64,000 nt of DNA, from contig NC_087441.1 in the NCBI RefSeq assembly GCF_036321535.1, positions 12,462,001 through 12,526,000 on the forward strand, written 5' to 3'. The notes below the pieces were generated by a model, which saw only the letters and a program-made list of their open reading frames with translations, was not told the DNA's origin and searched no databases. The position numbers and the translations under genes were made by a program. The DNA is from Camelus dromedarius (taxonomy: Eukaryota). Positions 10,887 to 24,668 of the stretch are shown piece after piece (positions within the stretch are counted from its first letter, which is position 1; every line of letters begins with the position of its first letter).

Positions 10887-13433
10887 GCTTCCTACAGTGC
10901 CTGATGCATCCGTGGTATTCAGTTACGTTAGTTACTATTTTTGTTAATTGACAAGTGGGAAGAGAATAAAATGTTAATGGTTATACACAGAAGTCATACT
11001 TTTGAATAAAGTATGAGGTTTTCTTTGCTAGAAACAATGTCTTATAAATGCCTCAGTTCATTTCAGAAGCTTCACACCAAAAATGTTTGTGATTATGGTA
11101 ATCACAAGTCAGGGAGGAAATAACCGAGCCAGGACAGGAAAATGTATAAGCCCAAAGGAATCAGTGAGCCAGGAAAAGGATAATGAGAAAATAAACTGGT
11201 ATGAAGGGGAAAAGGGAGAGCTGATAAATGAAGAAGGGTACAGAAATACAGGGCAGAAAAGGAAAAACGAATCTCAGAAGGCGTTCCTCCTGGAAATGTA
11301 CCAGAAAGGGGTGTGAAGCATAGCGATGTAATCAAATGAGGAAGGAAAAATCATTTCTCACTACGAGACTGTGAGGAAACAGCTTTCCTATAAAACTATT
11401 TTTCTTGTGCTAAAGAGGCAAATATGGCTAAAAGATTCATAAGGAAAAGACGGTAAAACTTCTGAAGAACATCTACTCCTGATGGGCTGTATAACCTTAA
11501 GCAAGTCACTCCCAACAGATGTGCCGGTTTTGTGATACACCAAATGCATGGGGCGGACTAGTTGATATTTAAGCCCCCAGATTCAGTATGAAATATTTAT
11601 GCTAAGTAGTTTGGCTCTGACAACCAAAATGTGCATTCTCTGAACTCACTCATCGGAAAGAGACATCCCAGAAAAGACACAAGTTCCAGTCGTCAGGGGA
11701 GCACACGTGAAGGGTAACACCGTAACGGAGAACAGAACTGTCACAGGTCACTATGGCCAAACCTTACAAAGTAGAGAACAAAAGGGTCAAAAAGATGAAA
11801 CTTCAGAGCTAGGGAGGGATCTCGGGCTTTGTCCGTATATTCCCTGGGGGAAATATCAAGTGCTTGAAATTAACCGGGACATTGGACGAGAGAGGATGTT
11901 TGGAAGAGGAGGCAAATCACCTCTTTCCTAAAAGACTGGGGCTTTTTAACACCCAGATGTAATAGGAACACATTGGGTGAAACAAGGAACAAGGGAAGGA
12001 ACTTAGAAAATTGTGAGACATCCCTGAGGCCTCAGACTCAGGAATCAACTCCCACTCGATTCTGAAAAGTCAGGTCAAGACTACATAACTACAACAACAA
12101 AACCTATGATTATTATTCAGCATATGTATACTGAATACCCATATTTGTTAGGTACCGGGAATGCAGTGATGAACAAAACAACCACAGTCCTTGCCCTTTG
12201 AAACTTAAGAACACTCTCTGTCTAAAAATAGGTAATTTTATTTCAGGCATAACTTACAGGGTTAATGTAATACATACATATATTCGTATTGATAAGGGCA
12301 TTAGCTTAGGAAAATTAGCCAGGTTAAGGGTCTATTGTGAAATTTCATCCACCCTCAAGGAGTGTATGAAACTCACCAGAAGATGGCAATAGGTAACCCT
12401 GTATCTCTCTGCCATTAAATTTGCTGCAGCCAAATGATTAGAGAGCTCCACTGCAAATAATCCTTTTCATGTGAGTCATTTGCATTAGGCATGCTATGTG
12501 AGTTTTGATCCCCAGGCAGTATAGGCACCGTCAGATTTATAGGTTTTATTGATGACCAGGTAGCTAAAAAGCCCACTATTATAAAAATCTCAGATCCGGA
12601 GGCCCACAGGAAGACATCTCTTTCATGTCCTTGCCCTCCTTTTCCTTTTCCTATTTTCAACAATGTCTGTGGCAAGATTTATGAACATAAAAGGAGAATT
12701 ATCTTATCAAAATGAGTTCGTTTTTCACATTTTAGCCTTTAAGGCTAAAAATTTATATATTGGTCATAGTATAAAAATGTTAATGTGTGCTTGCTTCTGC
12801 CTGAAAGAAAATTTAAGTGTTTACCATCGTTAGTGATGCCAAGTAGGCTTTCTTCTCTAGTTGAAATTCAATGTAAAAATGTTTCAAACTGATTTTCTCA
12901 ATTTTTTTAATGGAACCAGCTACACATTCAAGTGCTCATTTTTAAGTCAATTGGGTGACACAATGTGGATGATAGCACTAATAATTTTAAAATTGATTCA
13001 GTCTGTCACATTCATAAGAGATATGAGACAAACTTGCCATCTATTGAAGAAGAATAGTATTTCTTACCGCCATGGAAGTCTAAAAGTGGTTGGAATATAA
13101 AGGTTTAATTCCAGTTGATACTGTGGTTGGTTTGAGTTCAACCTCTGATAAAGAGGAAGACATAATAAAAACTATAAAAAGTTGCTCCTCATGGAAATGA
13201 AAAATACATTACAGCTCCTTGGGGTAATGGGTCAAACATGTCAAAAATAAGTGTACTCATGTTCAGGCTTAGGAACTAGAAAAGGACCAAATAGCCAAGC
13301 AGTACGTGCTGCATTCTTTCTAAACATATCACTAAAATATATAAGAAGACTTTAAAAAGCCAAATTGTAGGACTGAGATTCAAGTAACGTCCAAAATCTA
13401 AGAGGAATTTTGCTAACTGTGCAAGTGATGGAA

Positions 13434-13593
13434 GGGGGAGGGCATAGCTCAGTGGTCGAGTGCATGCTTAGCATGCACGAGGGTCTGGGTTCCATCCCCA
13501 GGACCTCTATTTAAAAAATAATGAATAAATAAATCTAATTACCTCCCCTCACAAACAAACAAACAAAAATAAGTTATATAAAAGTTCAAAAAA
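13434..13593 (+). mobile_element. tRNA-Ala-derived SINE (Vic-1 type, camelid)
   Basis: GGGGAGGGCATAGCTCAGTGGTCGAGTGCATGCTTAGCATGCACGAGGGTCTGGGTTCCATCCCCAGGACC with A- and B-box-like motifs and an AATAAAT-rich tail. TSD aagtg(a/g)tggaa at 13423-13433 and 13594-13604. Confidence 0.85.
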
Positions 13594-14059
13594 AAGTGGT
13601 GGAACTGGATAAAAAACACAATCGCAGACTAAGCTTTGCCCTGTCGCAGTAGAAAGAGACAGACTCATTCTCCTTTCTCTGTTAAGGGAAGCTCTTCCTT
13701 TGAGGAGAATCCAGAAAACCAGCCATGCATTAAAAATGGGAGTGACAATAATGAGAAGGGCATTTTACAGGGCCAGCTTGGGAAAAACACAATTACTTAG
13801 ATCAAAAGTGTAAATTTTTCCAGTTTGTAATCCAGATGTCCTTATTTTTATTAAAGCTGCGTATACCCTTGGCTCACTTAGAGTAATATTCCATATCCTG
13901 AAGGCCTGCCAACACTACCTCTAACCAGAAAATTCTGTGACTCTTTCATGATTTCCCCCTCCACAAATACTGTCAGGAATCCATTAAAATGCTTTCAGTT
14001 ATGATTTGAATTCATAAATCTTGGCAAATTAGATGAACAATCTGTGTCAGCCCTCAAAT

Positions 14060-14530
14060 GATAGCTAATAAATCGAATAATATAAGCCTATTAAACACAG
14101 AAGCATAAACAGAACTAATTTACTCTCTCACAGTTCTGGGGGCCAGAAGTCCAAAATCAGGGTGTCAGCAGGGCTGGTTCCTTCCGCAGTCTCTAAAGGA
14201 GAATCCATTCCATGCCCTTCTACCAGCTCCTGTGGCTGCCAGCGATATTTTGTGTTCCCCGGCTTGCAGACACATTACTCCAATCTCTGCCTCCATCTTC
14301 AGTCACCTTCTTCTCTGTATCTCCGTCTTCCCCTGTTCTTACAAAGATGCTTGTTGGATTTAGGGCCCACCTAGATCATCCAGGATGATCTCGTCTTCAG
14401 ATCCTAAACTTTCACATCTGTAAAAACATTTTGTTTTCCAAATAAGGTCACATTCAGAGGATCCGGGTGACATATTTGGGGTTTTTTGGTTTCTTTTGCA
14501 GGGGAAGGGTCACCATTCAACCATTATTAC
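14060..14530 (-). mobile_element. MaLR LTR, MLT1B/C-like
   Basis: ctctcacagttctgggggccagaagtccaaaatcagggtgtcagcagggctgg...ccaaataaggtcacattc, the antisense MLT1 pattern. Confidence 0.8.
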
Positions 14531-14798
14531 ATGTGGGTAGAAGGTTCTATATTATGTAAGGTAAGTACTGCAGTAAATTCAAATAAATAGAAGTAAAAGT
14601 AGCCACATTCTTCTCTTCAAATGTAATCATACTGTTTCCAGTTCTGTTATGGAAATGTAAACTCACTGCAGCCCACCTCTTACGCTAATTTTAAGGTAAA
14701 ATTCTGGTAAAATATCCCCTCAAAAGCAATCATTTGAGGACTATGACAAATGCTGAACAGAAAAATAAGAAACCAAGAGAACAAATAGGAAAATAGGA

Positions 14799-14910
14799 AA
14801 AAGAATATGAAAACAAATATATGTATGTATATGTATGACTGAAACATTATGCTGTACACCAGAAACTGACACAACATTGTAAACTGATGATACTTCAGTC
14901 ACAAAAAAAA
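14799..14910 (+). mobile_element. Short L1 3'-UTR fragment
   Basis: gtatgactgaaacattatgctgtacaccagaaactgacacaacattgtaaactg plus an A tail; same family as 9648-10146. Confidence 0.85.
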
Positions 14911-15039
14911 ACCCTTTTTTAATAACATACTTAAATCCACAAATATTATACCATAGTTATTTTCCTGGTTCCAAAATGTGCATTGGAAACAGATATAACT
15001 AGTACCTGACTGATCTCTAAATTAGCTCCCTAATATACA

Positions 15040-17410
15040 GAGGTAGGGCCATTCTGGAAGAAAAGACAAACTGGAAACCCCTGGAATTGAGTGCGCCCCC
15101 CCCCCCTCTTCCAAGACAGTACACAAGATGCCCCGCCACATACCTAGGGAATTGTCGAGATAGTAGCCTCAGAGGCTTGAGGGGGCAAGGCTAGTGCTTC
15201 CTATCACATCCACACTTACCATATCTGTTTTAGCTGAGCAAAAGCCAGATGGGTTAGAGAGAATAACAGTAGATTATAGCAACTTTAATCAAGTAGTGAA
15301 ACCAATTACAGCTGCCTTTCCAGACGTGGTATCTCTGCTGGAGCAAATAAAAAACAGCCCTCGGTGCTTAGTATGAAGTTGCTGGCCTGGCAATTGTTCT
15401 TGTTTTCAAGGGAAAGTAGAAGCAATTTGCATTTATATGGCAGAGGCCAAAGTACACTTTTAATGGATTATATCCATTCTCCTGCTATCGTAATACAGTC
15501 TAGGGCAGCATCAATCATTTCAATGTTCCACAGAACACCACATCGATCCATTACACTGGTGACATTGTTCTAATTGGACTTTGGTGAGCAGGAGGTGGTA
15601 AGCATCCTAAATTCCCGAGTAATATATGTTAATTACCCCAAGATGACAGATAAATGTTCCAGAAGTTTAAGAACCTGCCTCACTGGTTAGGTTTCCAGAG
15701 GTCCAGAGATAATGAGGCATGTCAGAATGTCTCTTCCAGAGTGAGAGACATGTTGTTGTACCTTGCACAGCCCACCATGGAGCAGGGAGTGTAATACTGA
15801 GTCTTCTTGGATTTTCAAGGTGATGCACAACACATGTGGTCAAACTGCTCCAGCCCCTTTACCGCAGCCTGGAAATCTGCTTGTTTTGAGTGGGGCTCAG
15901 AGGACAGAAAGGCTCTCCAGCAGGTCCAAGCTGTGGCAGTGGCCTGACCCTCAAGCCTTATGATGCTGCAGGTAACAGAAGCATCTGGGCAGACACAGAT
16001 TCTGTGTGGTTTCTCCCGAGATACAGCCAGAAGCCCAGTCTTATATCAAAAATGGCAAACAGGTTTGAGCTCACATCTGAACTCTGATCTGCTGACGGTC
16101 ACTGTCTCCAGGGCTGTGCCGAGGATTTAGAGGCATAGGAGGAAAGATGCAGATCAATTAGTGATGTCTGGCACTGCGGTGGAAATGGGGAGGGGACATA
16201 CATTTGTGGAGGTATTTGTCATCCCTGTCACATAGTGCTTGGCATCATCAATTAATGGGCACAGAGCAGACTTTTTGCAAAATTCTTCTCAAGTGAAAAA
16301 AAAAAAGCCCCAGTCAGGAGGATGATAGTGTAGACCCTTTGGGTTTGAGTGTAAGGTCATGAGCTCTTCTATCAACAACCATTCTTCATTGGAAAAGAGT
16401 TTTCTTGGTCTTGATAGAAACCAAACACCTGACCATGGAACCAGAGGTATGCAAGGTGGAACAGAGTCCCCCCAAGATCCGTGTCCTTTCTGGAACCTCA
16501 GAGTATGATCTTATTTAGAAATAGGGCCATAGTAGGTATAATCAGTTAAGATGAAGTCTTTCTGGAGCATTGTGGGCCCTTAACCCAATATGACTGATGT
16601 CCTTATAAAAAGAGGAGAGACACAAAGACAAACACACTGGGAGAACACCATGTGACAACCGAGGCAGAAACTGGAGTGATGTGTCTGCAAGCCAAGGAGC
16701 TCCAAGGATTGTCAGCAACCCCAGAAGCTAAGAGAAAGGCATGACAGTGATTCTTCCCTAGGGCTTTCAGAGGGAACATGGCCCTGGCAGCACCTTCCAG
16801 CCTCCAGACTGAGGGAGAATGAATTTCTGTTGTTCTAAGCCACCCAGTTTGTGAGTGCTTTGTTACTGCGGCTCCAGGAATCTAACACAGCAGGTCATGG
16901 CACAGTCGGGGTTACATACCTTGATCTGGGTGTTCTATGCATCTAATCACCACTGGAAGAATTTTTGCTGAAAGTCCTCACAACCTCAGACACTGTGGTC
17001 CCATGACCTAGAAGAGGAATGAGTCCACCAGGAAACATGGTTAAGGTTTCAATGAAGTGAAATTGATCCTGATCAATTAGAAACTGATCCTGTCTACTGG
17101 CCATCGGGGGCTCCTCATGCTTCTGAAACAGGAGCAAAGAAGGGTTCTCCACTGAGCACTGTGACTGTCCCAATTCCAGGGCAGTGGGGTTGCTAATATT
17201 CAATAAAACATAAAGAATTATGATTGGAACCTAGGGGGTTCGTGGGACGTCTTGTATATTCCCTTGCCTAGTAGTCCCAAACTGAGCACTACAGCAATGC
17301 ATTAAAGACAAGACCGCCAAGAGCTCAGATCGTTCAGGAGTGGGGCCCCCCCAGGGAAAAATCTGTCCAGCTGGGGTGCCAGCAGGGAGAAGTCACTTCG
17401 GTCTCATGGC
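15040..17410 (+). mobile_element. Degenerate ERV-L (class III) internal region: RT, RNaseH and dUTPase remnants
   Basis: ORF 15194-15376 contains [37 protein letters not shown], resembling ERV-L RT ([37 protein letters not shown], from recall). 17020-17150 resembles ERV-L dUTPase DNA (tccaccagga...gggctcctcatgc...gcaaagaaggg). Many stops and frameshifts. Confidence 0.75.
16448..16889 (+). mobile_element. MLT1B-like LTR inserted in the ERV-L internal region
   Basis: gaacctcagagtatgatcttatttagaaatagg...cccaatatgactgatgtccttataaaaagagga...ttccagcctccagact...aagccacccagtttg...ctaacaca. Confidence 0.85.
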
Positions 17411-18837
17411 TTTAGCAGTTGTGTTTCCTAAGGTTTCTTTCTCTGCTTTGATTCCCCACATTCCTTTTTATGAAAAGCACGAGTCTGGCTAACATTTTAG
17501 GCCATCTCTCCCTAAAGATACAACAGCTGTATCGGAGACCTGATTGATTTGTCCATATTGAAACGATATTTAGACAATTGGCAAGGAAATCTGGGAGTTG
17601 CGATTGTAAAAATTTCATTAAAAATACACTAACAAATTAACAAGGAAGTTGTTAACTCCAGAGAAACCAAGGAATCGTTCAGGGAACAATGAGCAATCAC
17701 AGCATACTCTGTGGTCCAACTGTGAGTTTCACTCACCTGGTCCCGGTGCTGTGAATACTGGATATTTATCAAACTAGAATTATGATTAAAATCTATCAGG
17801 AACGTGGAGAACAGGAAGTGTGTGGATGTGTGAGAGGTGGAGACGAGTATTAGAACAGACGTAAATGCTTGTCTTCCGCGGTGGGAAATACACAGACAAT
17901 GCCTAATGTACCAAAATCAAGAGTTAGCACATAGCATGTTATTTAAAGATACGTAAGTTAATACAAACTAATACATATTAAACATAGAGGTAACGGTTTC
18001 AACTAGATGGCTCTGGGGAGGGAAAAATAAAAGGAGGTAATACTTGTGAGTATTTGAGCTTTCTTTTTGTCTTGCTTTAAATAACAAAGGACGTTATGCA
18101 GGAGAGAAACCTATCTTCAGATTAAAAGGTGATTTGGGTGGTTACCTGCACATTCAGTGGAATCAGATGTCCTGGCTGAATCCCGTGCAGTAACATAGTA
18201 ATTATTTGCCTTACTCTTTTTGGATGTTGACACTGCAAATTTTCTTTAAGTAAGTCCAACAATATTCATGTGAATGCTCACTTTTTAATTTGCTAAGTGC
18301 TAATAGGCTGATATATATTTTTATGCAACAAAAAAAGTTTAAGTTATTTGTAAAATGTATTATCAATATTGATTTCTAATTATAAATTCTTAAATAATAA
18401 GGGTAGAAGTGGTTAGGTTGTCTTAGAAGTTGAAACTTATTTATTATTTTTTATCTTCAGCACCTGACAGACAGTATGTAAATAAATAAATACTTTTGTA
18501 TGTCTACTAGGATCAGAATTTTCTAAATATAATGAGAAGGTATTTTTAATCATATGCCACGGTTTTTCATTTTTGTCGTTTTTTTGTTTGGGACAGGGGT
18601 CTCGTTTTTCACTCTATTACATGACAATTTCTTTCCTATATATTGTTCCATTTTGTCAACTTCAAATTGCAAAGTCAACAGAATATCGCGTCAGACATTC
18701 TTTATTTGAAGAAATTACAATAGTTTCTAAACTTGTCAGATCAAAACCAGCACTGACAGTATTAGCTCTTACATCAGTCACCGGAGGTATATTTGTCCTC
18801 TCTGAAACTGGTTCTGAACCTGGCTGGTTTATTTAAA

Positions 18838-18960
18838 GTACAGATTCCCACGTCTTATCTCAGGCCTAGAAAAATCAAAATGTAGGAGGTTGGGGTCTAA
18901 AAATGTATTTCTAGCAAGATCCCCAGATTATTCAGATAAAATATTTGGAAACCACTGCTA
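18838..18960. mobile_element. MER5-like hAT DNA transposon fragment
   Basis: cagattcccac...aggttggggtctaaaaatgtatttctagcaag...tttggaaaccactg. Confidence 0.55.
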
Positions 18961-19178
18961 TAATAAATCCCTAAAACTTAGAAAAATACCCTCAAATAAT
19001 ACAATTTCCGTTAAAGTCTGTTTTCAAACAACTGTCCACAAATTTATCTAAGCTTTGAGTCTTATAATATCCTTTCTAGGTTCCCTCAAGGATTTTTATT
19101 AACCTATTCATATTTTAGTCAATATCATTTTGGAAAAGTTAGTTCCAAAAGCACGTTTCATAGTTTGTAAAAGAATAC

Positions 19179-19274
19179 TTTTTTTTTTTCTTTTTCAATG
19201 GAAGTTCTGGGGATTGAACCCAGGACCTTGTGCTTGCTAAGCATGCTCTATACCACTGAGCTCTACCCTCCCCC
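19179..19274 (-). mobile_element. Vic-1-type SINE
   Basis: T-rich tail followed by ctggggattgaacccaggaccttgtgcttgctaagcatgctctataccactgagctctaccctcccc, the antisense of the tRNA-Ala-like head. Confidence 0.85.
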
Positions 19275-19957
19275 AAGGAACAACTCTTTATTTGTATTGT
19301 TTCCCTCCTTTAAAATTCTCTCTTTACATGGATATTATCAAGCAATTACTTGGGCATAACGATTCTTAAGGGCAATAGGATCTTATAAGGAATGATAGTG
19401 GAGATGGGAAGGGAGAAGGTTAACCAAGAAAAACAGATGAACTAGTAAACAAGTCAAGCAATCACAATAAACAATTGCAATGCCTGAAAATGTAGGACGA
19501 GGGAGAGAAAGGGTGCAGGAGAAGTGATACAAACGATTTGTTTCCTGGCATTGTCGTAAGGAAGACTAGCCTCGTAGAGAATGTGGGAATTTCTGTTCTG
19601 TAATAAATTGGAGGAGATGGGAAGTAGAGGGAGATAATGGAGTGGAGGTGGTTTCTAGAGAAAATAAATGAAGGACAAGGTGAAAGAGGCAAATGCACAC
19701 ATAAAGAGGCCCTATTTTTGTTTAAGGACAATATCATTCTCCTTGTCACTCAGGCTCAATGCTTATGATTTATCATTGATTCCTCTCTCTTGGCCTCTGT
19801 ATTCAGTGAATTGCTCAGTCATTGTAGCTTTTACTTATGAAACATCTTGCCTATTCATCTTTTTTTTCTTTTCCACTATGATCACCTTAGTTCAGACCCC
19901 AGTTTCCTCCCACTTAGAAGCTTACAACAGTAGTCTTGCCTCTGATTTCATAACCCT

Positions 19958-20306
19958 CTTATATGGACTGAATTGTGTCTCCCCAAAATCCATGAGCTGA
20001 AGTCCTAAACAATGTGACTCTATTTGGAGCTAGGACCTTTAAAGAGGCAAAGAAGGTTAAATGAGGTCACTAGGGTGGGTCCCTAACCCAATATGATTGG
20101 TGTCCTTATAAGAAGAGGAGGAGACACCAAGGATGAGTTGGGCATGTGAGGACACAGGGAGAAAGCAGCTGTCTGCAAGACATGGGAAGAGGTTTCAGTA
20201 GAAATCTTGGATTTCCAGCCTCCGGAGCGATGAGAAAATACATTCCTGTTGTTTAAGCCACCTGGCACGTGGTGTTCTGTGATGGCAGCCCTAGCGGAAT
20301 AGCACA
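19958..20306 (+). mobile_element. MLT1A-like LTR splitting an L2 fragment
   Basis: tatggactgaattgtgtctccccaaaat...ccaatatgattggtgtccttataagaagagga...gtttaagccacctgg...gatggcagccctagc. Confidence 0.85.
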
Positions 20307-21199
20307 CCCTTGCGCCGAAGGCTGGGGTGTCTCCTCCTCACAAAGCCTTATGACCCACCCCCATGTGCCCGTAGAGATTTTTCACCCTGGCCTTAATGGT
20401 GTTCTTCCTGGATTTACCTTTCACCATCACTATGTTTCTACAAAATATGACTCCTCACCATTTCTACACAGGCCAGATAATGTTCTACTTCCGCGGCTTT
20501 CACAGCCTGCTTCTCTGCCTGGGAATGCACTTCTTTCCTCCAACCTCAGTAGCAGTTAGGAGTGGCAGGAACACTGTCCAAAGACGTCCCAGGGAGCCAC
20601 CTCCCAGGGATACGTGGTGACCGGACTGAATGCACCATTAGACAGTCTCTGGATCATGTGGAAGCCCCAGAAGGACAAAGATGCCTCCTGTGGGTTATTA
20701 CTGACCTTCAGGTCCTGTTAGAACTTGAGTCTTTGAGTGAGAGGAACCTTGGGGTCTTCACTTCCCTGGCTTCCTTGGCTTAAAGTAACCTACTTTACTC
20801 TCCAGTTAGATTTAGCCCAGCCTCCATCTCTGAGATCAGGCCAGGCTTAGCAAAAACAACACGAAGAAGATTAGGACAATAGCTCAGTAACTAAGCATCT
20901 AATTAGCTATGCTGTCCCTCCAGCACCAGCCTAACCACGGGTCAGTGCCTCGATTCACTGCAACTAGGTCGCTTTCAGAGCCAGGGAGTTGCTTCCTTGC
21001 TCAACAACGATCAAATTACTGCCCAACACTCAAGGTCCACCAGGATCAAAATGGTCACAATGCGTGTTCCTAGCCATCCAGCCATCCCTGAAGCCTCCCT
21101 GCCTAAATCTACGCTGATCACCTGGTAAGAACTGCCACTCACTTTTTCTCAGCCATTCTTGCATCACCTTGATTCGCTCTGGATCTTATCCCAAGTTAA

Positions 21200-22350
21200 G
21201 ACACTTTGTTATTCTATCCATCCCAGTTGGACCAGAATTTCACTTGTTAATTGCTGCAGGAGAGGAGCCCACTTCCAATTTCAGACCTGTTAGAGTCACG
21301 TGTTTTCATGGAGTCCTTTGGAAAGACTCTGCTGGTCTTTACATCCTAATGACTTCTCTCACGTGCCACACCCAGTCTGTCAATAAATCTTAAAATCTCT
21401 AACTGCAAAATACACTCAGGATCAAATCATTTCTCATCACCCATACTGTCACCCCCTGGTCCAGACCATAATCATCTCTCACCTGTTCTATTGCAATGGC
21501 CTCCTAGTTGGTTTTTCTGTTTTTGCCTTTGATAATTCAGGCTATTCTCAACACAATAGCCAGGGTTGTCCTAAAATACAAGTTACATCATGTCATTCTT
21601 CTATTTCTTTTAGAGCCATTCTTTTAAAAGCATTTTACTTACTTTATTTTTTTTTGGGGGGGGGTGGATTAGGTTTATTTATTAGTTTATTTATTTATTT
21701 AAATGGAGGTACTGGGGATTGAACCCAGGACCTCAGGCTTGCTAAGCATGCACTCTACCACTGAGCTATACTGCACCTCCATCATGTCATTCTTATACTC
21801 AGGACTTTCCAGTGAATTCTCATATCACCCAGAATAACAACAAAGACCCTGTAATGACTAACCAGGGCTAAAGGATCTGTTCTCCATTATGGCTCACTAC
21901 TTCTTTGACCTCATCTCCCATGGCTCTCCCCATCACCCACTGCTCTCCAGCTACTCCAGCTTCCTTCCTATTCCTCAAATACCACAGCAGGCTTTCAACC
22001 TCAGGGCCTTTGAACTTGCTCTCTGCTCCCCCTGGGATACTTCTCCCAGATATCCTATCATTACTGGATTTACCTCCTTTAGGACTTTTCTCAGAAGTAA
22101 CACTCTCATGCTGTCTTTCCTGACCATGCTAACTAAAATTTCAACCATTTACTGACCACAAATTTTATCTTTTCTCTGTTTTATATTTTTCTCCATAGCT
22201 TCCATCATTGTCCAATATAGCGTATATTTGTGTGTACATTGTTTATTGACTCCTTTCCCCTCTAGAAGATAATGTCATGAAAGCAAGGAAGTTTTCTGAT
22301 TTGTTCACTGCTCTAATCAGCACAAAAAACAATGCAGTAAATATTGAATA
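21200..22350 (+). mobile_element. L2 LINE fragment, interrupted by a SINE
   Basis: L2 3'-region pattern (atcatctctcacctg...caatggcctcctagttgg...ctcagggcctttgaacttgctc...) ending gtaaatattgaataaatg. Confidence 0.75.
21601..21779 (-). mobile_element. Vic-1-type SINE with extended 3' tail
   Basis: Antisense tRNA-Ala-like head. Exact 15-bp TSD CATCATGTCATTCTT at 21586-21600 and 21780-21794. Confidence 0.9.
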
Positions 22351-23769
22351 AATGTTATGAGCCCTAACTCTGCTCATCTTCCTGGATTTTGAATCCTGCC
22401 CTCTTAGATCTAGCCCACCATTCACTGCTTGTGTCCTGTCATGCCATCTGAAGGTCAGAGAGGAATCTGAGGGCCCTGCTCTGCGTTGCAGTGCAATGCC
22501 TCAGCCATCTGAATTTCTTAAAGCCAGCTCTAGACAGAGACGTAAATATAATCCACTGGCCCTACAGCCACAACAGCTGTCACACTGGTAGTCATCCTGG
22601 GGCACACTGCATTTCTGCACCTGGAGAGGAAAAATTAATTTTTTATATCTATTGTAGGCTCTGTTGGTTGCCAGATGTATCTTAGAACATAGGCAGAGAA
22701 ATCACAAGAATCTGCTCAAATTGAGGGATTAAAACCTTTGGAATTTAACAGATCCTACTGTCAAGAAATTCTTCCTCTTCTTAATCTAAATATTTCATGC
22801 TAAAAGTAAATTCATTTTCTCTTGTTTTATGCTGAAGAAAGATAGATGATAGGAGCTCTCCTTCATCCACATGATAATCTTTCATGTGCAAAATATTTTT
22901 GTCTAGGAAACCTTCCCAGAAGTCATGCACTATGTCCCATCAATTAGCTAATATTCTTTCTGCAGCTGTTGATATAGATGATGACAATAAATATGGTTAA
23001 TAAAGATAAACAGGTGATCCATGCTTCTAGTCATTGGGGTAGCAGAATACTCATACATATGATGTGATATTGTGGGTATTTCTGAGAGACTTTGGTTTTA
23101 GAGAATACAAGGAGCTGCCCTAGGGATCTTAAGAGTCTTGAGTAAGATTAGTGAGGGAAACACTTCCGATCTAAAGGAAGCGCTGGCTGGCTGTCTCCCC
23201 AGGATTCACTATCCCCTCCCACCTTCTTCACAGAACCCAAATTTTGATTCAGATACTGTGCAGAGAATGTGGAGTACGTGCCATTTGTCCTCTCAGCTCC
23301 ATTCTGTCTTTTTCCACTGTGCACCCTGCACCGGAAGGCGGACCGGTACGGGCCACATCGACAGGGCTCCCACACCCTCAGTGCTGGTTTCGTTTGGACA
23401 AAGGGAACCCCAGCAGGACCAGGAGAAAACAAGAATATCCGAGCATTAGTGCCCCTCGCTTGCTCTCAGCCTCCTTCGAAGTCACCTGTGTTTCTGATGG
23501 GTCACCACTCCTTAATCAGCACCAGCCTGCACCAGACCCTTCCTCCAGGTCCCAGTAGCCTCTCTGTCCCCTCTCCCTCTATCGTTACTCTCTTCAAGTT
23601 CCTGCCGTAGGCCTTCTGGTTTACTCCACCCCTTTGTTATTTGGTCTTTCGAATAAAACAAAAACAAATGCATCTCATCTCAAATTATCCTAATCTAGTG
23701 TGTGACTTCTGATTCTTTTGGGGACTGACAAATACAGATATCTACACCTTGTTCAAGTAGACCATTGAC

Positions 23770-24225
23770 TCTGGGAAATTACTGTGTCTAGTGTAATATC
23801 CAGGAGGGTCCTCATTGGTTAAAGCCAATGAGAACATTTTATTCCTCTTGACCACAAAGGCTGGTTCAGAGAAGGATGCTGGGCACATAACCTAAGCTAG
23901 TCTAACTGGGGTAAATTTTAGAACCTTTGCCTGGAACTTTTAGATGCAAATACTTTTTTCTTTTTTCTCCAATGGGTGAACCAAGAAGTATGTAGTCCAA
24001 TTGTTGCTAGAGCTCTCATACAACCACAAGGGGAATCAACCTTAGAGTGAGGCCAACATATGCGCAGCAGAACGGAGAGAAGAAGAAAGAGATCAAATCC
24101 TTGATGGAGACTTTGGGTGAATCCCGAAACCTATTTTTTGGACTTTCTTGAGCTAATACATCTTCCTTATGCCAATTTCAGCTGATTTTTCTGCTGCTTG
24201 CATCATAATGAGTCCTAACGGAAAT
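23770..24225 (+). mobile_element. Old MLT1 (J/K-like) LTR
   Basis: attggttaaagccaatgaga...gagtgaggccaaca...gagctaatacatcttcc...gcttgcatcataatgagtcctaac. Confidence 0.55.
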
Positions 24226-24668
24226 ATGGTCACACAGAAACTTGTTTCTGATGACCACAAAGAAACTTGATTCTGATGACTCTCCCAAATTTTTCAGCCA
24301 GAAACCAGTATAGGCAGTGAAATAAACCAGGAAGAAGAAATTCACAAATAATTGTCTCTTCTCCTTAATCAGAGGCTCCTTGAAGTCTTTCCAAGTGGCC
24401 AAGAATACTGCGTGTTCCAGTGAGCTCATTCAGCCATTCTGGAACACTCTTTGTAGGAATCCAATTAAGAAGTTTCTCAATCCACATGATCCTTTCCCAT
24501 TGCAAACTCATCCACAACCTGACGTCTTCACTGGCACAGTTGTCTTGCAAACAAAAGCTCAGTTCAAAATAGTATTTATGAATTTTCAGGTTTCGTTTTT
24601 TTTTTTTTTTATTTGGAGATTAATGGAGCGACCTGGAGCTCATGGGAGAGACTGACCACTAGACGGGC

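Noticed and set aside
13434-13510. tRNA-Ala(AGC) gene, and the five similar copies
   Set aside because: Divergent boxes, A-rich tails and target-site duplications mark these as tRNA-derived SINEs.
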